A DNA stretch of 64,000 nt from Ilumatobacteraceae bacterium (GCA_963743825.1 CAVURC010000019.1:37858-101857); one strand, 5' to 3'; shown: positions 19,607 to 29,039, numbered from the stretch's first letter. Notes: generated by a model from the letters alone, not told the origin. Numbers and translations: made by a program.

Positions 19607-20618
19607 CAGTGGCGCAGGTCGATGGGCCAACGGTCGCGGATGTTGTCACCGTCCACGATCCAGAAGTTCTCGTGTCGGGCCACGGTCGGGTCGACATGCG
19701 ACGGCCAGATGCGGACGCGGTCGCCGACCTTCCAGTTGCCGAGTTCGCGAGGCAGCAGTGTGATGTGTTCATCGGAGCAGAAGAACACGTCACCCTCGTC
19801 CCACGACGGGTTGCCATGATCCATGCCGAAGGCCTTCAGGCCGGCGTCGGCGATGATCCAACCCTTCGAGCTGATCGACACGACGGTGGCCAGCACGGAC
19901 AACGCCTTCTCGAACGGTGACTCGAGTTCGTCGTACTGGGTGTCCATCAGCATGTAGGAACCTGCCTGGATCTCGGTGCACCACGTGTTGAGATCGAACG
20001 TGCCGGTGCCCCCGCCCGACACGATGTCGCCGCCCACCATCGAGTGCGCCTGCAGCAGGATCGCCATCGCCACTTCGACCTTCTCGCGCTTGGCGGCGCG
20101 GTCGTGGATCATCATGAGATGGCCTTCGTACCCCATCACGCCGCGCACCTCGAGGCCGGCCGAGCGGGCCCGATCAGCGAGGCGCCCGGCATCCTCCACA
20201 TCGCAACCGCACCGTGGCAGGCCGACATCGACATCGACCAGCACCGAGCGGACACCTCCGCGAACTGCGGCGTCGAGCGTCTCGTCGGAATCGATCGCCA
20301 CGGTGATGTTCGCTCGGTCGGCGAGCGCTCCCAGTCGGGCGGCGTCGAGCGTCTCGTTGGCGAGGAGGAGGTCATCGGTGAGGCCGGCGGCCACGAGTCC
20401 CTCGATCTCTCGCGGTGTCGCGGCGCAGAAGCTGTGGTGCCCATCGGCGTCGAGCCGTTTCGCCATCTCGGTCGACTTGAACGCCTTGACGTGTGGGCGA
20501 AGCTGGCGCCGGGGAGCACGGCGTCCATCGCAGCCAGGTTGCGGTCGAACGTGGGAGCGTCGACGAGGAGTGCCGGCGTGGTCAGGTCGTCGATCGTCAC
20601 GGGTGTCGGAGAGGTCAC
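19603..20618 (-). pseudogene. DSD1-family PLP enzyme (alanine-racemase-fold; D-serine deaminase / D-threonine aldolase-like), frameshifted near 20480
   Basis: N-terminus MTSPTPVTIDDLTTPALLVDAPTFDRNLAAMDAVLPGASF in frame 20618. The rest (MAKRLDADGHHSFCAATPREIEGLVAAG...) in frame 20466. A single C missing in gcccac restores APHVKAFKSTEMAKRL. Confidence 0.6.
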
Positions 20619-20659
20619 GACCCCATCTTGGTCGAAGCTCCCGGCACTACCGTGGCCCT

Positions 20660-21904
20660 GTGCTCGACCTCGACTTCGTCCGCTCCAACTTTCCCGCCTT
20701 CTCCCGCCCCATCAACGATGACCAGTCGTTCTTCGAGAACGCCGGTGGCTCCTTCGCCTGTCGTCAGACCATCGAGGCGATGAGCAGCTACTACACCGAT
20801 CTCAAGGTGCAGCCGTACAGCGAGTTCGAGTCGTCGGCACAGGCCGGCGCACTGATGGATCGGTCACGGGGGAGATGGGCGCAGGTGCTCGGGGTGGAGC
20901 CCCGTGAGGTCGTCTTCGGTCCGTCCACCTCGGCCAATACCTATGTACTGGCGCATGCCTTCGCGGACGTGTTGGAGCCGGGCAACGAGGTCATCGTCAC
21001 CAATCAGGACCACGAGGCCAACACGGGCGCCGTTCGTCGAGCCGCCGAGCGTGTCGGCTGCACCATCAAGGAGTGGCGGACCGATCCGGTCACCGGGCTG
21101 CTCGACATCGCCGACTTCGAGGAGTTGTTGAGTGAGCGGACCGGGCTGGTGACGGTACCGCACGCTTCCAACATCGTCGGCAAGGAGAACGACGTCACCC
21201 GCATCACCACGCTGGCCCACGCGGTCGGCGCGAGGGTCATCGTCGATGGTGTCTCCTTTGCCCCGCACAGCCTTCCCGACGTGGCCGCGATCGGCGCCGA
21301 CGTCTACCTCTTCAGCCTGTACAAGACGTACTCGGTCCATCAGGGTCTGATGGTGGTACGCGCCGGGCTGATGGCCGAGTTGCCGAACCAGAGCCACTTC
21401 TTCAACGACAACGTCGCCGACAAGCGCCTCAACCCGGCTGGTCCCGATCACGCCCAGGTGGCGTCGGCTGCTGCGGTGCTCGACTACGTCGAGGCGCTGC
21501 ACCGTCACCATGGCGGCGCCGACACCGACGGACTCCCCGTCGCTGCGGCTGCGGTCTCGGCGCTCTGGCGCGAACACGAGGACTCGCTGACACCGGCGTT
21601 GCTCGACGTGTTGGCCGACCGTGACGATGTTCGCCTGATCGGGCCTGCGACGCTCGATGCGACCACGGGGCACCGGTGTCCCACCGTTGCGTTCAGCCCC
21701 CTCGCCGAGGATCCGCAGGTCGTGGCCCACGAACTCGTCGAGCGGGGCGTGCAGACCAGCTCGGGTCATTACTACGCCGCTCGGATGCTCGATGGTGTCG
21801 GCATCGACCCGGACCGTGGTGTCGTGCGACTTTCGTTCGTGCACTACACCTCGCCTGCTGATCTCGATCGGGCGGTGAACGCGCTGGCTGACGTGCTCGG
21901 CTGA
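20660..21904 (+). CDS. aminotransferase class V (PLP-dependent; cysteine desulfurase / SufS-like fold)
   Basis: VLDLDFVRSNFPAF N-terminus, HEANTG, and PLP-lysine context LFSLYKTY. Start at GTG 20660; the ORF-track start 19976 is an over-extension. Confidence 0.75.
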   Translation: MLDLDFVRSNFPAFSRPINDDQSFFENAGGSFACRQTIEAMSSYYTDLKVQPYSEFESSAQAGALMDRSRGRWAQVLGVEPREVVFGPSTSANTYVLAHAFADVLEPGNEVIVTNQDHEANTGAVRRAAERVGCTIKEWRTDPVTGLLDIADFEELLSERTGLVTVPHASNIVGKENDVTRITTLAHAVGARVIVDGVSFAPHSLPDVAAIGADVYLFSLYKTYSVHQGLMVVRAGLMAELPNQSHFFNDNVADKRLNPAGPDHAQVASAAAVLDYVEALHRHHGGADTDGLPVAAAAVSALWREHEDSLTPALLDVLADRDDVRLIGPATLDATTGHRCPTVAFSPLAEDPQVVAHELVERGVQTSSGHYYAARMLDGVGIDPDRGVVRLSFVHYTSPADLDRAVNALADVLG

Positions 21905-21974
21905 AGCCGGGCTGGCGCGCACCAACGTCGCGTTGGGACCAAAGACCCTGCCGGAGGTGAACGCCGAGGAAGAT

Positions 21975-22012
21975 ATTGGAACAACGTTCCAATTCTGGAA
22001 CGTTGTTCCAAT
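21975..22012 (+). promoter_or_regulatory. double palindromic operator ATTGGAAC-AAC-GTTCCAAT / TGGAAC-GTT-GTTCCAAT overlapping the first start codon of the R2-like operon
   Basis: Two adjacent sites of form TGGAAC-N3-GTTCCA that are reverse complements of each other, separated by TC. The second site contains ATG 22011. Confidence 0.55.
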
Positions 22013-22904
22013 GCAGAAAGCTGGTCCCGACATGGCTGAATTCCTCGCGCAGTACTCGATCCAACGGTGGATGGAGATGTGTCCGCAGGGCTACCTGGAA
22101 GACACCGTCTACGGCCATGAGGCGGACGCTCACGAACCCGAGATGCTGCTTGCCGACGACGACGAGCGCGAGGCAGCGATCCGCACCACGGTGGGCCTGG
22201 TTGTCGGCGAGCGCTGCGCGCTGGCGGCCTCCTCCGGACTGGTCAACGCGGCACCCGACTACCCGAGCAAGCGATTCCTCGCGACGCAGACGCTCGACGA
22301 GGCGCGCCACGTCGAGATCTTCACCCAGCGACTGTTCGATCTCGGCGTGAAGCCGGACGATCTCGAGTCGACGATCAGCCGCTACGCCAACCCGAACCTC
22401 GTGAAGTTCGCCGAGGTGTTGCTCGAGAAGGTGGATGCGGGTGACTTCGTCGCCGGCGTGGTGGGCCAGAACATCGTGCTCGAAGGCATGGCGTTCACCG
22501 TGTTCGAACTGCTCGAGGCGGGCAACCGCGAGTTCAACCCCAAGTTCTCCCAGACCCTGAAGGGGACGATTGCCGACGAACGCCGCCATGTCGGCTTCGG
22601 CGAGAACCGCATCGGTTCGCTCATCGTCCAGTACCCGGAGAAGAAGCCGGAGATCGAACGGATGCAGCAGGAGATGGCGTACTACATGCTCGCCACGTTC
22701 AGTGACTCGTTCAGCAACGCCGATCGCAAGCCGGCGCCCGCACCGACGGCCTCGACGGCGACCGCCGACTTCCACGGCACCAACCTGGCCACCGCGACGC
22801 CCGAGGAGATGGAGGCGGTGCTCGCCAACACCGTCATCGGCGAATTCAAGACCCGTCTCGCTCGGGTCGGACTCGAGTATCAGACCCCCACCGTCCCGGC
22901 ATGA
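22011..22904 (+). CDS. ferritin-like diiron (or Mn/Fe) carboxylate protein, RNR-R2 / R2lox-like, subunit A
   Basis: Paired E...ExxH motifs (VGERCAL...DEARHVEIF; NIVLEGMAF...ADERRHVGFGEN). Start could instead be ATG 22032. Confidence 0.65.
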   Translation: MQKAGPDMAEFLAQYSIQRWMEMCPQGYLEDTVYGHEADAHEPEMLLADDDEREAAIRTTVGLVVGERCALAASSGLVNAAPDYPSKRFLATQTLDEARHVEIFTQRLFDLGVKPDDLESTISRYANPNLVKFAEVLLEKVDAGDFVAGVVGQNIVLEGMAFTVFELLEAGNREFNPKFSQTLKGTIADERRHVGFGENRIGSLIVQYPEKKPEIERMQQEMAYYMLATFSDSFSNADRKPAPAPTASTATADFHGTNLATATPEEMEAVLANTVIGEFKTRLARVGLEYQTPTVPA

Positions 22905-23686
22905 CCGCGGTCGACACCGACGACTTCGATCCGCACGCACTGGACGAGCAGGACTTCCTCGACGAGGTCCACTCGTTCCAGTTCTGGTTCGACTCGATCG
23001 AGGGCTACCTGACGGATCGACCGTACGGGCGGCTCGAGACCACCGTCGAGGAGGTGCTCGACGACGCCCGTCGCGAACGGCTCATCACCTCGCTGTGCAA
23101 CTACTGCGTGGGCGAGACCGCAGCGCTCGAAGGTGCCGCAGGCCTGGTGCAGTTGGCTCCGGATCGCAACTCGAAGATCTTCATGGCCACGCAGGTGGTC
23201 GACGAGGCACGTCATCTCGAGGTCTTCCTGCACCGGCTGCGTGAACTCGGTGTCGCCGATCCCGAGCGGGAGATCGAACGCCGGGCGCAACCGGCGCTCG
23301 TCGACTTCAAGGGCGCCCTGCTGGAGTTGGTCGACCAAGGCGACTGGCAGGCGGCGCTGTTCGCCCAGAACGTGATCCTGGAGACGATGGAATACACCGT
23401 CTTTCGCCTGCATGCAGCAAACGCCGACCCGGTGACCAAGGACGTACTGGCAGGGGTGATCTCCGACGAGCGCCGCCACGCCGGGTTCGGCGAGAACGAC
23501 CTGGGCCGCAGCCTTGCCACTGATCCGTCGGGGCGCGGACACCTTCGCGAGATCCGCACCAGGCTCGATGCGATGGTGCTCGGGGTGTTCGAAGCCGCCC
23601 TCGCCGACATCGGCGCCCCGACCGAAGGCCACGAGCAGCTCGCCGGCGAGTATCTCGAGGCCGTCGAGCGACTCGGGCTGACCTGA
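22901..23686 (+). CDS. ferritin-like diiron carboxylate protein, paralogue of upstream gene (subunit B)
   Basis: Same motif set (VGETAAL...DEARHLEVF; NVILETMEY...SDERRHAGFGEN). ATGA overlap with the upstream stop. Confidence 0.65.
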   Translation: MTAVDTDDFDPHALDEQDFLDEVHSFQFWFDSIEGYLTDRPYGRLETTVEEVLDDARRERLITSLCNYCVGETAALEGAAGLVQLAPDRNSKIFMATQVVDEARHLEVFLHRLRELGVADPEREIERRAQPALVDFKGALLELVDQGDWQAALFAQNVILETMEYTVFRLHAANADPVTKDVLAGVISDERRHAGFGENDLGRSLATDPSGRGHLREIRTRLDAMVLGVFEAALADIGAPTEGHEQLAGEYLEAVERLGLT

Positions 23687-23985
23687 TGACCGACATCGAC
23701 GTCTCCGCTCCCCACATCGGCGCCGACCCCACTCGACAGCGCTTCGAATTGGAGGAGATGGGATTCAAGGAAGTCCCCAAGAAGTGGCGCAAGTTCTACC
23801 GCTACTGGCAGGGCGCCTACGACACGTTGGCGCCGAACGAGGTGATCTGCCCGGTGTGCAAGGTCGTCATCCGTGCCACACGGGAACTCCGCCCCGGCGA
23901 CAAGGTGTATTGCATGCCGTGCATGTCGCGCATGGTCGTGGTGGTCGGCGAGGACGGACGCCTGGAGGCCGAAGTGACCTTCTGA
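23686..23985 (+). CDS. small 4-Cys zinc-ribbon / rubredoxin-like protein
   Basis: CPVC-x19-CMPC. Start overlaps the upstream stop (TGATG). Confidence 0.55.
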   Translation: MTDIDVSAPHIGADPTRQRFELEEMGFKEVPKKWRKFYRYWQGAYDTLAPNEVICPVCKVVIRATRELRPGDKVYCMPCMSRMVVVVGEDGRLEAEVTF

Positions 23986-24024
23986 GGTCACCGGCTGAAT
24001 TCACCTCCTGAGGCACCCTCTGAG

Positions 24025-24570
24025 TTGCGCACCGGTCTGAGCGCCTACGCTTCAACCGTGCCCGAAGCAGCCCCCGTCATCGGTGTCGTCATGGGGTCGT
24101 CGAGTGACTGGCCGACGATGTCGAAGGCCGTCGACGTGCTCGTCTCGTTCGGTGTCGCCCATGAGGCCCGAGTGGTCAGCGCCCATCGGATGCCCGACGA
24201 GATGTTCACCTATGCCGCCGAAGCCCGTGCGCGCGGGATCCGCGTGATCATCGCCGGCGCCGGTGGGGCCGCCCATCTGCCCGGCATGTTGGCAGCGAAG
24301 ACGACGGTGCCGGTCCTCGGCGTTCCCGTGCCATCTCGCCACCTGTCGGGCCAGGACTCGCTCTACTCGATCGTGCAGATGCCCGCCGGTGTGCCGGTGG
24401 CGACGTTCGCGATCGGCGAGGCCGGAGCCACGAACGCGGCGCTGTTCGCCGTGGCGTTGCTCGCCGACACCGATCCACAGCTCCGTGGTGCGCTCGAGGC
24501 GTACCGAACGTCGCGCCGTGACCAGGCCACGTCGTCGGTGCTTCCACCCGAGGATCCGACCGGTGGGTGA
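24025..24570 (+). CDS. purE: 5-(carboxyamino)imidazole ribonucleotide mutase
   Basis: [15 protein letters not shown]...[10 protein letters not shown] motifs. Confidence 0.85.
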   Translation: MRTGLSAYASTVPEAAPVIGVVMGSSSDWPTMSKAVDVLVSFGVAHEARVVSAHRMPDEMFTYAAEARARGIRVIIAGAGGAAHLPGMLAAKTTVPVLGVPVPSRHLSGQDSLYSIVQMPAGVPVATFAIGEAGATNAALFAVALLADTDPQLRGALEAYRTSRRDQATSSVLPPEDPTGG

Positions 24571-24579
24571 CGGTTCTCG

Positions 24580-25719
24580 ATGAGTCGCCAGCCGGTGCAC
24601 GCCCCGGCGACGCTCGGGGTTCTCGGTGGAGGTCAGCTGGGGCGCTACACCGTGATGGCGGCAGCGACGATGGGCTATCGCACCATCGTGCTCGATCCTG
24701 ATCCGTCCGCTCCGGCGGGGGCGATGGCTCACGAGCACCTCGTTGCCGCATACGACGATCCGGCGTCGCTGCGACGACTGGCGTTCGACTGCGACGTCGT
24801 GACGACCGAGTTCGAGAACCCTCCCGCAGCGGCGCTCGACGAACTGGCCGCGACGGTCATCGTCGCACCGTCGCCGCATTCGGTGGGCATTGCGCAGGAC
24901 CGGATCGCCGAGAAGGCGTTCCTCATCGACAACGGCTTTCCGGTCGGGGCGTACACCGTGCTGGCCGACGTCGATCAGCCGCCGATCGAGCCATCACTCG
25001 TCGATGGTGGTGCCGTCGTCAAGACGGCCCGTCTCGGCTATGACGGCAAGGGGCAACGTTCGGTCGACGGTGTCGCGCAGACGCTGGCGGCGTGGGCCGA
25101 ACTCGGCGGAGTGCCGTGCGTGGTCGAACGGCGTCTCGACCTGCAGACCGAGTTGAGCGTGATCGTGGCGCGTACCGTCGACGGACGTGTCGAGGCGTGG
25201 CCGGTCGCCGAGAACCGCCACGTCGGCGGCGTTCTCGATCTGACGGTCGTGCCGGCGGCGGTGCCGCGCAAGGTCGCCGATCGTGCGGTTGGGTTGGCGA
25301 TGGCGATCGCCGATGCGCTCGACTATGTCGGAGTCCTCGCGGTCGAACTGTTCGTGGTCGACGGTGAGTTGCTCGTCAACGAACTCGCGCCTCGGCCCCA
25401 CAACAGCGGCCACTGGACGCTCGACGCGTGCGTCACCAGCCAGTTCGAACAACAGGTCAGGGCGGTGTGTGGCCTCGGTCTCGGGAGCACGGCGATGACA
25501 GCTCCGTCGGTCGCGATGGTCAACCTGCTCGGCGATCTGTGGGAGAGCGGCGAGCCCGACTGGACGATCGTGTTCGACGATCCGCACGCCAAGCTGCATC
25601 TCTACGGCAAGAGCCAAGCTCGGCCGGGCCGCAAGATGGGCCACCTCACGGTGACCTCCGATGTCGCGACGGCGGCGGTTGCACGAGCCCTCGAGCTCCG
25701 GTCAGCCGTCGTTCGCTGA
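24580..25719 (+). CDS. purK: N5-carboxyaminoimidazole ribonucleotide synthase
   Basis: ATP-grasp enzyme: LGVLGGGQLGR, ELAPRPHNSGHWT. Confidence 0.85.
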   Translation: MSRQPVHAPATLGVLGGGQLGRYTVMAAATMGYRTIVLDPDPSAPAGAMAHEHLVAAYDDPASLRRLAFDCDVVTTEFENPPAAALDELAATVIVAPSPHSVGIAQDRIAEKAFLIDNGFPVGAYTVLADVDQPPIEPSLVDGGAVVKTARLGYDGKGQRSVDGVAQTLAAWAELGGVPCVVERRLDLQTELSVIVARTVDGRVEAWPVAENRHVGGVLDLTVVPAAVPRKVADRAVGLAMAIADALDYVGVLAVELFVVDGELLVNELAPRPHNSGHWTLDACVTSQFEQQVRAVCGLGLGSTAMTAPSVAMVNLLGDLWESGEPDWTIVFDDPHAKLHLYGKSQARPGRKMGHLTVTSDVATAAVARALELRSAVVR

Positions 25720-25828
25720 CAGATGGTCTCCCCACCCCGGTTTGCGTGACGGTTTGGTTGGCCCGTTCCAATTGTTCTGCAACACAAACGGGAATGGGGG
25801 CGGGCGGGGTGCCGGCCGGGGCGTTGTC

Positions 25829-26872
25829 TCAGTCGACGGGGACGGGTTCCACGTCGAAGGCTTCGATCCGGCCGTCGGCGTGACGGGCGAAGCGGCGCGG
25901 TGTCGGGCCATGGTTCGGGTCGTCGCTGCCCCACGGCCAGCCACCGAACTGCGTGCGACGGTAGTCCTCGAATGCCTGCTGGATCTCGGCCTGCGTGTTC
26001 ATGACGAACGGTCCGTACTGCGCCACCGGCTCGCCGATCGGCCGGCCCTGCAGCACCATGCACTCGACCCCGTCGTCACCGGCGACGAGCTCGAGTGGAC
26101 GCGATGAGTCGAGCACGGCCCCGTGCCCGGCGTCGAGCCGTTCGCCGTCGACGGTGAGCCAGGAGCCGGCGAAGGCATAGAGCAGGCGGTGCGTGTCGGC
26201 ATCGGCGGTGGCCGGCATCGTCCATCGGGCACCGGCGTCGAAACGGAGGTGCCAGATCGCAACGTCGGCCTCCGCCTTCGAAGCCCACGAGTTCGGCGGG
26301 GGAGCCGGTGCAGTGACGTTCGCCAGCGAGCCGGCGATCACCGTGATGTCGACGATGGCCCCATCGTCCGACGGCTCGGCGATGACAGTCGGCGTCTCGT
26401 GGCTCCACAGCATGGTGAAGTACGGATCGACCATCTTGTCGGCGGCGGGAAGATTGAGCCAGATCTGGAACAGCTCCAGCGGGTTCGGACCGTCGTGGTC
26501 GAGAAGCGGGAACATCTCGCAGTGCACGATGCCCTTGCCGGCAGTCATCCACTGCGTGTCACCCCGCCCGAAACGTGCCGTCGCACCGAGCGAGTCGCTG
26601 TGATCGCAGAAGCCGGTGCGGACGTAGGTGACGGTCTCGAAGCCGCGATGCGGGTGCTGCGGAAATCCGGGCACGGTCGAGCCGTGGTACATGTTCCACC
26701 CGTCCACCCCGGCGAAGTCCATCCCGATGTCGCGTCCGACGAGCGGTGCGTCCGGACCGAGCCCCTCGGTGCCTTCGGGGTAGTCGTCGCGGTGATGTGC
26801 GCAGAAGAGGAACGGATCGATCGTCGGCCACTGCGTACCGAGCGGGAACGTCTGCAGAAGTGCATCAGCCAT
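25829..26872 (-). CDS. pirin family protein
   Basis: Cupin metal-binding HPHRGFETVTYV...H...E. Confidence 0.8.
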   Translation of the reverse strand: MADALLQTFPLGTQWPTIDPFLFCAHHRDDYPEGTEGLGPDAPLVGRDIGMDFAGVDGWNMYHGSTVPGFPQHPHRGFETVTYVRTGFCDHSDSLGATARFGRGDTQWMTAGKGIVHCEMFPLLDHDGPNPLELFQIWLNLPAADKMVDPYFTMLWSHETPTVIAEPSDDGAIVDITVIAGSLANVTAPAPPPNSWASKAEADVAIWHLRFDAGARWTMPATADADTHRLLYAFAGSWLTVDGERLDAGHGAVLDSSRPLELVAGDDGVECMVLQGRPIGEPVAQYGPFVMNTQAEIQQAFEDYRRTQFGGWPWGSDDPNHGPTPRRFARHADGRIEAFDVEPVPVD

Positions 26873-26900
26873 GCGTCGAGTCTACGGTCACACGACAAAC

Positions 26901-26914
26901 ATTGCGCCCGCAAT
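26901..26914. promoter_or_regulatory. perfect palindrome ATTGCG-CC-CGCAAT in the pirin/MFS divergent region
   Basis: Exact dyad symmetry, 30 nt upstream of the pirin start. Confidence 0.3.
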
Positions 26915-26923
26915 CAAATCCAT

Positions 26924-26976
26924 CCGAAATGTGCGGGGAGATGTGCACCTGGCGCACATCTCCCCGCATTTTTCGG
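26924..26976 (+). repeat. 53-bp imperfect palindromic repeat element, copy 1
   Basis: CCGAAATGTGCGGGGAGATGTGCACCTGGCGCACATCTCCCCGCATTTTTCGG. About 50 of 53 positions self-complementary. Confidence 0.7.
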
Positions 26977-27026
26977 GTTGGATGCGCGGCTGTTGACGCC
27001 GGCTGGTCGCCTCCCATTAGCGTGCC

Positions 27027-28274
27027 GTGGTGTCCACCGCCCGCGATGTGCTCCGGTATCCCGCCGTGCGGCGGTACCTGCTGTCGACCGCATTGGCCGC
27101 AGTCGGGCTGAACATCCTCGTCACGGTGCTCTTCAAGCAGGCGTTCGACATCACCGGTGACACGCTCGCGATCGGGCTCATCGGCCTCGCTCAGTTCATC
27201 CCTGCGGTGATGCTCGTCCTGGTCAGCGGCTGGGTCGCCGACCGATTCGACCGTCGCCGCGTCACGGCGGTGTTCCTCCTCGCTCGAACACTGTGTGCCG
27301 TCGGCTTCGTGATCTACAGCCAGAGCGACTCGGGCTCGATCTGGCCGTTGTTCGCGATCGCGTTCGTGTTCGGCGCCGCCGACGCGATGCTGGCTCCGTC
27401 GCGTCGCTCGATCGCCCCGTTGCTGGCTCCGACCGAGCTGTTCCCACAGGTGGTCGCGCTCTGGACGGCCACGTTCACGGCGTCGGCGATCGTCGGTCCG
27501 GTGATCGGTGGCTTTCTCTACTCGGTCGGCCCTGCCCAGGCCTATGCGCTTGCCGGTGTCCTCGAGTTCGCCGCCATCATCCCGATCCTGATGATCGTCT
27601 ACGCGCGCGAACCGGGCCGGATCACCGACCGGCCGACCCTCCACACGGCACTGGAGGGTTTGCGGTTCGTCCGTCACACTCCCGTCGTTCTCGGCACGAT
27701 CTCACTCGATCTGTTCGCCGTGCTGTTCGGCGGAGCGATCGCCCTCATCCCGGCCGTCGCGAGTGAGCAACTCGGCGTGGGCGACATCGCGTACGGGTGG
27801 CTGCGCGCGGCACCCGGTATCGGCGCGGCGGTGATGGCGCTGTGGCTCGCCGTGCGCCCGGTCACGCGACGGGTCGGCCCGACACTGCTGATCGTGGTGG
27901 CAGTCTTCGGCCTCGGCACGATGGTGTTCGGGTTGACGACGAACTACGCGGTTGCGTTCGTTGCGTTGATCGTGATCTCGGCCGCCGACATGGTGTCGAT
28001 GTTCATCCGCGGGTCGATCGTCCCGCTCGTCACACCCGACGATCAACTCGGCCGTGTGAGTGCCGTCGAGGGCGTGTTCATCGGTGCGTCGAACGAACTC
28101 GGAGCGTTCGAGAGCGGTGTCGCAGCTCGGATGTTCGGGGTGCCGTGGGCGATTGCCGGCGGAGGCTTGATCACCGTTGGAGTCGCCGCGACCTTCGCGG
28201 TGGTCTTCCCCTCGCTCCGCAGGATCGACACGTTCGATGAACTGCGGCCGGCGTCGACCGCCGCCGTGGTCTGA
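27027..28274 (+). CDS. MFS transporter (12 TM)
   Basis: Multiple TM helices and the MFS motif GWVADRFDRRRV. Confidence 0.8.
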   Translation: MVSTARDVLRYPAVRRYLLSTALAAVGLNILVTVLFKQAFDITGDTLAIGLIGLAQFIPAVMLVLVSGWVADRFDRRRVTAVFLLARTLCAVGFVIYSQSDSGSIWPLFAIAFVFGAADAMLAPSRRSIAPLLAPTELFPQVVALWTATFTASAIVGPVIGGFLYSVGPAQAYALAGVLEFAAIIPILMIVYAREPGRITDRPTLHTALEGLRFVRHTPVVLGTISLDLFAVLFGGAIALIPAVASEQLGVGDIAYGWLRAAPGIGAAVMALWLAVRPVTRRVGPTLLIVVAVFGLGTMVFGLTTNYAVAFVALIVISAADMVSMFIRGSIVPLVTPDDQLGRVSAVEGVFIGASNELGAFESGVAARMFGVPWAIAGGGLITVGVAATFAVVFPSLRRIDTFDELRPASTAAVV

Positions 28275-28276
28275 CC

Positions 28277-28329
28277 CCGAAATGTGCGGGGATATGTGCA
28301 CTGGGTGCACATCTCCCCGCATTTTTCGG
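28277..28329 (+). repeat. 53-bp imperfect palindromic repeat element, copy 2 (same orientation as copy 1)
   Basis: CCGAAATGTGCGGGGATATGTGCACTGGGTGCACATCTCCCCGCATTTTTCGG, 3 nt after the MFS stop. Followed by TTCGG repeated at 11-nt period (28325-28351). Confidence 0.7.
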
Positions 28330-28361
28330 TAGGTGTTCGGTAGGTCTTCGGCGAGGGCGGG

Positions 28362-29039
28362 TCAGGTCGAGCGGGTGTAGAGCAGGTCGACCGGTTGGCG
28401 GCCGGCGTCGAGACCTCGTTGTTCGAAGCGGGTGAGCGGGCGCCAATCCGGTCGCTCGATGACGCCACCGGTCAGGCGAGTCTCCGCGTCACAGACAGCC
28501 TGCATCGACTCGGCGTAGTCGACGATGTCGGTCGCGAGGTGCAGGAAGCCACCTGCGCGCAGACGGTCGACCAGGGCGGCGAGCACGTCCGGTCGAATGA
28601 GGCGGCGGTGATGGTTGCGCCGCTTCGTCCATGGGTCGGGGAAGTACACGCGGATGCCGGCGAGCGATTCCGCCGGTACTCGGTCGAGAAATGGCAGGAC
28701 GTCGCCGTGGACGACTCGGATCTGGTGCAGCCCCTGATGTTCGATGGCGTCGAGCACGGTGACCACCCCGGGTGTGTGTACCTCGACGCCGATCACGTCG
28801 ATGTCGGGCTCGACGGCCGCCAGTGCAATGGTCGACTCGCCGTGGCCGAACCCCACATCGAGCACGACATCGCCGGCGCGTCCGAACACGTCCGACCAAT
28901 CGAGGAGCGGGCCGTCGATCGGCAACCCCCACACCTCGATCCAGGCGTCGAACTCTGCCTGTCGCTTCGGTGACAGCGAGCGCCGCCGAACCTTGAACGA
29001 CGCAGCGGGTCGGCGAATCGAGCGGGCCTCGGTGGTCAT
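28362..29039 (-). CDS. trmB: tRNA (guanine46-N7)-methyltransferase
   Basis: VLDVGFGHGEST, FPDPWTKRRNHHRRL. Confidence 0.85.
   Translation of the reverse strand: MTTEARSIRRPAASFKVRRRSLSPKRQAEFDAWIEVWGLPIDGPLLDWSDVFGRAGDVVLDVGFGHGESTIALAAVEPDIDVIGVEVHTPGVVTVLDAIEHQGLHQIRVVHGDVLPFLDRVPAESLAGIRVYFPDPWTKRRNHHRRLIRPDVLAALVDRLRAGGFLHLATDIVDYAESMQAVCDAETRLTGGVIERPDWRPLTRFEQRGLDAGRQPVDLLYTRST

Noticed and set aside
21975-22012. Actinobacterial LexA (Cheo/SOS) box
   Set aside because: Core is GAAC-N3-GTTC with TGG/CCA flanks, not TCGAAC-N4-GTTCGA. No DNA-repair gene downstream.
25719-25829. Possible small RNA or operator containing GTTCCAATTG in the purK/pirin convergent gap
   Set aside because: Only a 6-bp inverted repeat (CCCGTT/AACGGG). 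The GTTCCAAT match to the R2-like operator is a single half-site in direct, not inverted, arrangement.
26924-28329. CRISPR array or insertion-sequence inverted repeats
   Set aside because: Only two copies 1.3 kb apart. No regular spacer-repeat architecture, no transposase or cas gene. The element is itself palindromic rather than a terminal IR pair.
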